A stretch of DNA of 64,000 nt, taken from a virus. Each line of letters opens with the position of its first letter. Position 1 is the first letter of the stretch. This document shows positions 57,125 through 64,000 of this stretch, piece after piece. The translations under genes and the position numbers were made by a program. The DNA lies in the IMG/VR virus record IMGVR_UViG_3300028374_000796, one strand, 5' to 3'. The notes under the pieces are model-generated. The model did no database searches and was not told where the DNA came from. It saw nothing but the letters and a program-made list of their open reading frames with translations.

Positions 57125-57545
57125 CTATGAAAAAAGGTCACTCTGTATTCTTGAAGAAGGAAATGAGGGCAGGGTTATAAACCGCTATCATATTTTACCT
57201 TTTCCTTTGTTAGAACAGATTCAGGAAATCACAAGCCTTCACCAGTATTTCAGTGAAGCTTTAGACGAGTACGATTTTAAGATCCGGTATGGAAAATGGA
57301 ACTATAAATCTATCCAAGGAAAAGGTTATCAAATTGAGAACGTGAACTGGAATTCTCCTATTTATATTTTAGAGGAAGACCTTAATTTTGTATTGAGAAA
57401 AAATAAGGGAGATACAGTTGTTTATTGTTGGGATGCTAGAGTTTCTTTTTATCTGGCGGCAATTTACACAATGGCAGACAAAGATGAAGATGAATTTCAG
57501 AAATTGCTAATATCCGATTTGAAAAATTATCAGCACCTAGGTTGA
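57099..57545 (+). CDS. Hypothetical protein (paralog of 56759-57124)
   Basis: RYHILPF...Y and FYLAAIYTM...EFQKLL motifs. Confidence 0.65.
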   Translation: MRERISMYDYEKRSLCILEEGNEGRVINRYHILPFPLLEQIQEITSLHQYFSEALDEYDFKIRYGKWNYKSIQGKGYQIENVNWNSPIYILEEDLNFVLRKNKGDTVVYCWDARVSFYLAAIYTMADKDEDEFQKLLISDLKNYQHLG

Positions 57546-57614
57546 AAATGTATTTATGGTAACTGTATATAACGCTCCTCTTGAAGATGCTCCAACTCTT
57601 AAGAGGGATAGCGA

Positions 57615-57785
57615 ATGGAGCCTTACATATCAGGGAACTATATTTTCGTATCCACTCTGATCGATGTAAAAATATCCGCTTACTATGTAGATGATTTTAT
57701 AAGATATGGATATGACGGTTATGTAGCCTGGTCGGCGGGTGCCATGACTTGTAGAAGGTCGAACCCCCTAACTTTTTACTTGTAG
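57615..57785 (+). CDS. Small hypothetical protein (56 aa, below the ORF-track cutoff)
   Basis: GAGG RBS then MEPYISGNYIFVSTLIDVKISAYYVDDFIRYGYDGYVAWSAG... Confidence 0.45.
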   Translation: MEPYISGNYIFVSTLIDVKISAYYVDDFIRYGYDGYVAWSAGAMTCRRSNPLTFYL

Positions 57786-57847
57786 TCTAGGGCGGAATAT
57801 GATAGAGTAACGTGTCGGTTCCTTTTAAATAAGGGGAACCGACATCT

Positions 57848-57922
57848 AGGCGCGTAGCTCCAATTGGTAGAGCATCTGATTCCAAATCAGAGGGTTGTTG
57901 GGTTCGAGTCCCACCGCGCCTG
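57848..57922 (+). tRNA. trnW: tRNA-Trp (CCA), no encoded 3' CCA
   Basis: Acceptor AGGCGCG/CGCGCCT, D-stem GCTC/GAGC, anticodon arm TCTGA-TTCCAAA-TCAGA, T-loop TTCGAGT, discriminator G. Confidence 0.92.
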
Positions 57923-57955
57923 TTTAGTGACTAAAGTAAATGGAGTAAATACGAA

Positions 57956-59023
57956 ATGACAGTAAGACAAATGTTTATCCCGACGATTGGAACTGAGTTT
58001 CGAGTGGAAGAAGACTGGACCTTCGATCTCTACGCAGAGAGTCGCAACAACCCCCTCCGAAAAGCTCTGGGTTTAAGTAGAGCCTCTTATTCCACTTCCC
58101 CCACCTATGATAAGGTTACCCTCAAAAAAGGAATCACGTTGATAGTGGATCGGATCTATATCCGAAATAACGCTAAACAATATGATTCTATCACTTTCCG
58201 AATTGGAGATGTACCTGACGGCGTACCGAAAAAATTTCGCAAGAAAAGATTTTGGGCCAAATTAGGGGATATCAATAATATTCAATTCACTCCCGTATCT
58301 GGAGTGCCTAGATCGGATGGGTTGTTATTTGTTCTGTTGAAAGTATCCCCGAATACGTATCAAGCGCCTTCTAAGGGCTATGATAATACTTTCACCGAAT
58401 TAGACACTGCAAAAAATCATGTTATCGAGAAACATGAAAATCCAGAGAAAGCCTATATTTTTCAGGTACCTCCCGGAAAAGAATTCCCTGACAGTTACCA
58501 AAATCGAACATGGGGCGCAGGCATTCCTGGATACGATGTTAAGGGCATCGAATCTAAATATGACCTTGTATATGAACCCGTAGGTCCTTTGGGCAAAGGG
58601 CGGTCCGTAGACCTTCGTAGGTCACTATATAAAAGAAAGCATAGAGGAACCCCTAATGACCCCAGAGATTTTTTTATGGAGTCAGAAGATCGGGAAGCGA
58701 TCGAAGAAGCGGACTCTATCTATGTGATGGTAGATGACCTAAGAAGATCTTCAAGAAGCGATAAATCTAGCGATGCGTTCGGATCTGTCATATTTAGATC
58801 AGGATCTAAATGGCAGGCGCGCCTTACAGGTAAAATGCGGTTGGAAGCTCCAGATCTTCACAAAAAGATTTGTGATATCTGGGATACGGAGGGTTATATT
58901 CCCCTACGCACATTATCAGAAGGGGTATCGTTGTTGGAAGATTTTTTTGAAGAGAACCTAGACTCTTATGGTAAAGCTTTACCTCCAGTGGAAAGTTATA
59001 ATTATACCTACTGGCGATCTTAG
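57956..59023 (+). CDS. Hypothetical phage protein
   Basis: N-terminal domain FIPTIG..WTFDLY..RN..VDRIYIR..FWAKL; GGAG RBS. Confidence 0.8.
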   Translation: MTVRQMFIPTIGTEFRVEEDWTFDLYAESRNNPLRKALGLSRASYSTSPTYDKVTLKKGITLIVDRIYIRNNAKQYDSITFRIGDVPDGVPKKFRKKRFWAKLGDINNIQFTPVSGVPRSDGLLFVLLKVSPNTYQAPSKGYDNTFTELDTAKNHVIEKHENPEKAYIFQVPPGKEFPDSYQNRTWGAGIPGYDVKGIESKYDLVYEPVGPLGKGRSVDLRRSLYKRKHRGTPNDPRDFFMESEDREAIEEADSIYVMVDDLRRSSRSDKSSDAFGSVIFRSGSKWQARLTGKMRLEAPDLHKKICDIWDTEGYIPLRTLSEGVSLLEDFFEENLDSYGKALPPVESYNYTYWRS

Positions 59024-59025
59024 TG

Positions 59026-60078
59026 TTACAGATCAAATAAGAAAGGGAAGATGTGAGATCGAAGTTGAGGATTTTGTAATGCAGTCCTAGCTAGAACTCT
59101 TCTAATTGAAGATTCTTTCTTATCCTCATTGTCGCTTTCTTCCTTTTCTTTGTCATCTTTCTTTTTTTGCTTTTCTACGGTATCTTTCAATTCGTCGGGA
59201 ACTCCTTTTGCTAAGGTAGCTCTCAACCTTTTTAGGTCTATTTCTCCATTACTAACAAAAAGACGTAGGAATTTCATATGGCCTTCTGTGATCTGGAAGA
59301 AAAAACTTAAAATTTCATCCATCACGTCATCTGGAATAGGTTCGCCGTCTTTATCTGTATCCGTAAGCCATTTTTTAATTTTATCGTGATTGGTATCTTT
59401 ATTTAAAGGATCTAATCCTATTTTCTCCATCATTTTTTTGCTTTCCTCGCTAAGAGTTGCAGAAGATTCCGCAGCTTTTAATTCTGACAGCGCCTCTTTG
59501 AAAGTTTTATCATTTCTAGCGTCAATGGTGTCCATAAGATTGGTGAGTAGTTTCTCCCCTTCTTTTTCATTGAAAAGGGTGACAACCAATCCCATACACA
59601 TTTCTGCTAGTTCTCCAAAGGAAACTTCGTGATTGGTAAATTCTTTGAATTTCTGTTTAATGGTTGCCTTGGCCTTATTGATAGCGCCTTTTAATTTCCC
59701 TTTATTTTCTTTGATAAAATTCTTGGATTCTTCTTCCGCCTTTTCATCTTTCTCGTCAGTCTCATCGGAGTTTTCTTCCTCATCACCTTCTTCTTTATCT
59801 TCTTTATCTTTTTTAGACTCTTCAGATTTTTCGCTTTCTTGCCACTGCTTTTTGATCTGTAAGTACCTCTTGTGAGCGCCGGAGTCCCTGGGACTATTCT
59901 TCAGGGTTTTAACCAGAACCTTATCCGAACTATCTGTATCAGGATTGTTTACCTTCTCATTTAGAAGTTCTTCATAGGACATAGATTTGCTGGTTTTATT
60001 TACTAGAGGAAGTAAATGTGGACGCAACTCTGGAGTCTTATATGCCAGCCGGATAATTTCAGTTCTTAATTTGGACAT
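59026..60078 (-). CDS. Acidic/basic protein with the shared motif at both termini
   Basis: MSKLRTEIIRLAYKTPELRPHLLPLV N-terminus; IRRVLARTALQNPQLRSHIFPFL C-terminus. Confidence 0.85.
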   Translation of the reverse strand: MSKLRTEIIRLAYKTPELRPHLLPLVNKTSKSMSYEELLNEKVNNPDTDSSDKVLVKTLKNSPRDSGAHKRYLQIKKQWQESEKSEESKKDKEDKEEGDEEENSDETDEKDEKAEEESKNFIKENKGKLKGAINKAKATIKQKFKEFTNHEVSFGELAEMCMGLVVTLFNEKEGEKLLTNLMDTIDARNDKTFKEALSELKAAESSATLSEESKKMMEKIGLDPLNKDTNHDKIKKWLTDTDKDGEPIPDDVMDEILSFFFQITEGHMKFLRLFVSNGEIDLKRLRATLAKGVPDELKDTVEKQKKKDDKEKEESDNEDKKESSIRRVLARTALQNPQLRSHIFPFLFDL

Positions 60079-60137
60079 AAAAAACACACTTGAAGTATAG
60101 TGAAGTCTCCAAGTGTGTTCTTTATCAAAACATTAAT

Positions 60138-60536
60138 TCAAAGATCTATGATGTCCCTCCAGTCTTCGCCGGTTTCAGATCCCCACTGCTTACGGGGTGC
60201 AAGCAGGTGACCGTTCATGTTGTAGTCTGCTCCACAACATGTACAGGTGTTGGTGAATTTCACCAGAGCAACCTTAGACCCGCATTCTTCACACAAACCA
60301 ACTTTCGGGACCTTCGTTACCCGGACCTGACGAGTAACCCCTTTATTGACGATAGGCTGACTATGTGAGTTGGAAACGCATTTCTCATAGGCAGCTTTGG
60401 CAGCATCGGGAAGGCTGTCTACATCGACATTTCCGTTCTCATCGCAGCTAAAAGAGAACCCCCAACCCTCTTCCCCTTCCCAGTCGAAAGAGAGAGTATA
60501 GCTAATATGTTCAACTTTCTTTCGGTTTTGGATAAT
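60138..60536 (-). CDS. Zinc-ribbon phage protein with probable non-canonical ATT start (not in ORF track)
   Basis: Open frame IIQNRKKVEHISYTLSFDWEGEEGWGFSFSCDENG...CEECG...TNTCTCCGADYNMNG...QWGSETGE*; AGGA 6 nt before ATT; promoter copy C upstream. Confidence 0.75.
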   Translation of the reverse strand: MIQNRKKVEHISYTLSFDWEGEEGWGFSFSCDENGNVDVDSLPDAAKAAYEKCVSNSHSQPIVNKGVTRQVRVTKVPKVGLCEECGSKVALVKFTNTCTCCGADYNMNGHLLAPRKQWGSETGEDWRDIIDL

Positions 60537-60578
60537 TTTGATTCCTAGGGTGATAGAAAGTGATCCTTAACAACTTCA

Positions 60579-60610
60579 CCCTATATACCCTGGAGTCCTA
60601 GAAATTACAA
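60579..60610 (-). promoter_or_regulatory. CCAGGG-TATATA family promoter, copy C
   Basis: TTGTAA-17 nt-TATATA-GGG. Confidence 0.75.
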
Positions 60611-60761
60611 ATCTTTTTTAAATAATTCACATTTCCGGGAATTTATTATATAGAATCAAACGCTTCGATCAATGACCGTCCAAATATGGACCCGTCATAT
60701 GAATATATAACTTGCTTACAAAACGTAAGCCAACACGAAACTACACTAGTAGGTCTTTAGA

Positions 60762-63062
60762 ATGGCTGTAAAGAATACCACACCATCCTCAGTATCATCC
60801 TCCAAAACAACCCTAAGTTCAAATTACGATTTGAAAACCCTTCTCTCATTCGAGACAAAAGAGGAAGGTAGGCACCTTCAAAAATTGATCGAAAAGAATC
60901 CAGGGCTGGTTCAACATAAATATTTTGGGGATGAACCTAATAATGCGGGAAATATCCATTTAAATGGAAAACCCGAAGCAAGTGCAGGGGAACGAATCAC
61001 GAACGGATGTGATGCTAAAATTGAAGAAGCCATCTATAACGGACTGGCTGCTCAGTATGACAACCCTTTTGATATTGGAGAAGCAGTTTTCGACGCCAAT
61101 AAAACAGGGGTGTCCGTAGCATCTAGGCCAGTACACCTTCGATTGAAAGGAAAGTACGATAAAAAAGCGAAGTCAGTGACGATGGATGTGCGGGATTATG
61201 GAATAGGAATTCCAGTCAAACGCATGTTGAAAACTATTCTTAATTCCAAAAGTGGAACCAAATCAAGCGATCCTCGTTATATTGGCAGGTATGGTCATGG
61301 AGGGTCTACTACTTTCTCACATTCAAATTTCTCGATGGTAGTAAGCCGTCATATTAATTCTAAAAAGGTGGGAGTAGCTTTTGTCAAGTATTGCGCCCCC
61401 GGAGATATGAATCCCATTACGGGAGAGGAACAACGAAGGAGCGGGACATATCTAACATTAGTGGACCCTAATACGGGAGAGCCTTTCGTGTTCAACGCTT
61501 TTGATACCAATGGCAATGAGATCTTCAAGCCCGGCACGCATATTCGACATTTTGAATATGAGATGGATCCGAGGGACCTTGTTTTTTACAGCAAACCCAC
61601 CCGTCAAAAGTCTTCTCTTTATAAAACGATGAGGACGATGTTCCCTAACCCTCCAATTCCTTTTGCGGTTTTTGACGACCGCATGGGAGCAAAAGGGACT
61701 CAGCTTCATTATACGGTTTACGGATCCTTTCGTTCCCTTAGTAGTAATGTAAAAAAGAAGGTCGAATATGACAATTCCGCTACTGTTCCAGTTGGAAAGG
61801 GTAATATCAAACTCTACTGGTTTATTATCGACGAAGATTCCGTGCGTGATAATTATATCAATAATTTCGTCAACTATGGGTATTCGGGTAACGTATTTTT
61901 GAGCGGTCAGACCATCGAAACATTGCCAGCACAGATCGTTAGAGATTCTGGGATTCCCTTTTTGGAAAAAGGAATCGTTCTCTTTGCAGATCTCGATGGT
62001 CTCGACGATCGGACCAAAGATCGCGTGATGACTGCGACCAGAGAAAGTCTAAATACTAACTACCGAAATCTCATTCATGAACATCTGGTATCGCATCTCA
62101 AAGAAGATGATAGAGTGCAAGAAATCCATCAAGAAAGACGAAATAATCTAACTTCTACGCCTTCCAATCAGGATACCATCAAGCAGTTGAAGAAATATTT
62201 TGAGAACTACCTTACGGGTTCTGGAAATAGTAGAACTCCAAATCCTAATCCCAAACCTAAAGTTTCTCCTACCCCTATTGCGGTAGCAAATAGCTATATA
62301 AAGGTTATTTCCCCTAGACGGGCTTTGTATCCGGGCCAGAAATTTTCCATTAGGTTTCAGACCGATATCGATAATTCAAGGTTCGATCAGAATTTCTTTG
62401 AAATTACTGCTAAGGACCCTCAGGTTCTTGAGGTATCCAACTGGTCGATCAGTGATAACCAGAATGCAACACAGGGCCATAAAACACTGGCAGGTCTACA
62501 GGTTAACCCCGGCGCACAGGTAGGGGATTTCTCCACCATTACTTTGAAAGTGAAGCTACCTAACCAACAAGAAGTGGAAGTGGAAATAGCTTGTGCCATC
62601 GTGGAAAAACCGGATCCTAAGAAAACCAGTCAAAAGGTTCCGGATTTCGATGTGAAATGGGTTAATAAGAATCAAACAGACCTGATTAGAAATCTGGACC
62701 TTTTTGACGAGGATGGAAATGTCATGGAAGATAAGGTAGGTCACGTCGAGAGAGGTGGAGACGGTTCAATTACCGTTTACTTGGCGAGGTTCAACGAAGA
62801 AGTAGTTGCGGCGCTCAAAGCGATCGAAGATAATGGTACTGCTAAAACCCGATATGATCATTACCAGGAGTTTTTCCTGTCAGGATATTTTGACTTTCAG
62901 GTAGCAGCAGCTGCATCTGCATTTCTTCTCAAAGATGACGGGCAGATTCAAACTCCAAGCCCCAAAGATACCCCAGATACCGAATTGGAAACCGTAATGA
63001 AAAGCGCTGCTAGGAGCGCAGTAGCTTACTGGAAAGTAAATCTTCTAAAAATTGCAAATTAA
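60762..63062 (+). CDS. GHKL (Hsp90/MORC-type) ATPase, paralog 2
   Basis: GERITNGCDA, RDYGIG, IGRYGHGGST; same overall architecture as 53797-56061. Confidence 0.78.
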   Translation: MAVKNTTPSSVSSSKTTLSSNYDLKTLLSFETKEEGRHLQKLIEKNPGLVQHKYFGDEPNNAGNIHLNGKPEASAGERITNGCDAKIEEAIYNGLAAQYDNPFDIGEAVFDANKTGVSVASRPVHLRLKGKYDKKAKSVTMDVRDYGIGIPVKRMLKTILNSKSGTKSSDPRYIGRYGHGGSTTFSHSNFSMVVSRHINSKKVGVAFVKYCAPGDMNPITGEEQRRSGTYLTLVDPNTGEPFVFNAFDTNGNEIFKPGTHIRHFEYEMDPRDLVFYSKPTRQKSSLYKTMRTMFPNPPIPFAVFDDRMGAKGTQLHYTVYGSFRSLSSNVKKKVEYDNSATVPVGKGNIKLYWFIIDEDSVRDNYINNFVNYGYSGNVFLSGQTIETLPAQIVRDSGIPFLEKGIVLFADLDGLDDRTKDRVMTATRESLNTNYRNLIHEHLVSHLKEDDRVQEIHQERRNNLTSTPSNQDTIKQLKKYFENYLTGSGNSRTPNPNPKPKVSPTPIAVANSYIKVISPRRALYPGQKFSIRFQTDIDNSRFDQNFFEITAKDPQVLEVSNWSISDNQNATQGHKTLAGLQVNPGAQVGDFSTITLKVKLPNQQEVEVEIACAIVEKPDPKKTSQKVPDFDVKWVNKNQTDLIRNLDLFDEDGNVMEDKVGHVERGGDGSITVYLARFNEEVVAALKAIEDNGTAKTRYDHYQEFFLSGYFDFQVAAAASAFLLKDDGQIQTPSPKDTPDTELETVMKSAARSAVAYWKVNLLKIAN

Positions 63063-63064
63063 AT

Positions 63065-63096
63065 TTGTAATTTAGGAAAGACCAGGGTATATAGGG
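63065..63096 (+). promoter_or_regulatory. CCAGGG-TATATA family promoter, copy D
   Basis: TTGTAA-17 nt-TATATA-GGG directly after the GHKL stop. Confidence 0.75.
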
Positions 63097-63135
63097 TGAG
63101 TCGAGGGGAAACCCTCTTAATACTGGCAAGGGATA

Positions 63136-63377
63136 TTGGCCATAGGAATAGATAAAGGAACTCTGAACATAGTGGAGTTCGCCAATGGCATCGACCCCAA
63201 ACAGGCTAAAGCCCAAGGAGTCTGGTATGAAGTGCGCGGGATTGAAAGATCCCCTTTGGTCGACCCAATATGGACGTTAAAATAACGGACCATTTCAAAG
63301 TCTTGAAAGGAAAAGGTCAAAATCCTTTTGAGAGTGGTAACCGGATAATACCGAAGCAGCACGCTATTTTTACTTGA
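63136..63377 (+). CDS. Two small overlapping ORFs (49 and 35 aa) or one frameshifted gene
   Basis: TTG 63136-63285 (MAIGIDKGTLNIVEF...) and ATG 63270-63377 (MDVKITDHF...), between promoter D and a terminator. Confidence 0.35.
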
Positions 63378-63444
63378 TATACAAAACACCTCTCCTGCGA
63401 GGTGCAGAAAAATATGATTTTATGCAGGCACCTTCAAGATAGAG

Positions 63445-63488
63445 AAAAAAGGAAGATCCTTAGCAGATAGTTAAGGATCTTCTTTTTT
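63445..63488. terminator. Bidirectional-type terminator
   Basis: AAAAAAGGAAGATCCTTA ... TAAGGATCTTCTTTTTT. Confidence 0.8.
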
Positions 63489-63538
63489 GTTCTTATAAAT
63501 AGATCCAGTGTTAACGTTCCTAAGAGGCACTTACTATT

Positions 63539-64000
63539 ATGGTTAAAACAAACTCAAAATCTTTTCGTGATTTTCAAATGAAGGTTGATTCCTTTGAGGA
63601 CCAAATCGAAGAATTGATTGAAGGCATCGATTTGACCTCGGATAAAGTCAAAGACCTGAACTTTGACTTTGCCAATCTTATTCGAGAACTCAAAGAGGTC
63701 AAACATAGCGATGATGACTATAATATTGGAGAGTCGATTATGGACCATATGAAAATGGACCTCCAAAATGTTAATGACCTGACCCAAGGTTGGGACAAAC
63801 AAAAAAGAAATATCCTTCGCCTTCTTTCTTTCCTCCACGATATCGCCAAACCCGAGACATTTGAAATGCGAGGGGATAAGGCAACGTTCTATGGGCATCC
63901 TGATAGGGGCTATGAAGTATCTAAAGTTATCCTTGATCAGTTTACTGAGGAAACCGAAGAAATGCGAGAGTATGTAGCCAAGTTGGTGAAATATCATCAC
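63539..64000 (+). CDS. HD-domain protein (partial, runs off window end; not in ORF track)
   Basis: ATG 63539 or 63578; H...FLHDIAKP...FYGHPDRG...LVKYHH, typical of HD domains of RNA end-healing or CCA-type enzymes. Confidence 0.82.
   Translation, partial: MVKTNSKSFRDFQMKVDSFEDQIEELIEGIDLTSDKVKDLNFDFANLIRELKEVKHSDDDYNIGESIMDHMKMDLQNVNDLTQGWDKQKRNILRLLSFLHDIAKPETFEMRGDKATFYGHPDRGYEVSKVILDQFTEETEEMREYVAKLVKYHH

Noticed and set aside
57716-57776. Possible degenerate tRNA upstream of tRNA-Trp
   Set aside because: The arms do not pair, and the stretch is better explained as the coding frame GYDGYVAWSAG of ORF 57615-57785.
60090-60368. Plus-strand 92-aa ORF in the track
   Set aside because: Antisense shadow of the minus-strand zinc-ribbon gene (60138-60536), which has a promoter and RBS.
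1-64000. Stop-codon reassignment, suggested by open frames continuing past TAA at 16527, 19476 and 36741
   Set aside because: All long conserved genes are intact in code 11 and end properly at TAA, TAG or TGA. The 16527 case is explained by a deletion and the 36741 case by low complexity.
63554-64000. Minus-strand 148-aa ORF in the track
   Set aside because: Antisense shadow of the plus-strand HD-domain gene starting at 63539/63578.
1-64000. Integrase, transposase, rRNA or group I/II introns
   Set aside because: No such motifs or interrupted genes were seen; the only selfish elements identified are the two inteins.

Overview
This is a 64-kb segment of a large (jumbo-like) dsDNA bacteriophage genome in the standard genetic code. 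Phage identity is inferred from gene content and gene density; no capsid, terminase or rRNA gene is visible. Bases 1-36.3 kb form an almost uninterrupted minus-strand replication/recombination/repair module. It encodes a primase core, beta-clamp, HolA/HolB-like loader subunits, SbcD plus a split SbcC, a PD-(D/E)XK nuclease, DNA methyltransferases (one deleted), intein-containing RecA, RuvC, SSB-like and Hc1-like proteins, RecD2, RNA ligase, LigA, a topoisomerase IB-ParB fusion, intein-containing class II RNR and KhpA. A gene-poor, repeat-rich origin-like region lies at 36.3-37.5 kb. The accessory right arm carries a MoxR-AAA/vWA pair, sigma-like genes, a promoter-driven 5' half of tmRNA, a LamG-like protein, tandem AAA+ ATPases, two GHKL ATPases, tRNA-Trp and an HD protein. 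The most unusual signals are: (1) an RNR intein ending in ...VSRG|C instead of HN|C at the catalytic cysteine; (2) unrelated proteins sharing an N-terminal LIRL..xPELRxHL leader and K/R-x-A linkers, suggesting a capsid-targeting/polyprotein system; (3) a tmRNA whose homology stops exactly at the resume codon; (4) a four-copy promoter motif, two copies of which form inverted repeats around a GHKL gene; (5) a promoter-backed gene without an ATG/GTG/TTG start. All functional calls come from motif recognition by eye; no database searches were run.
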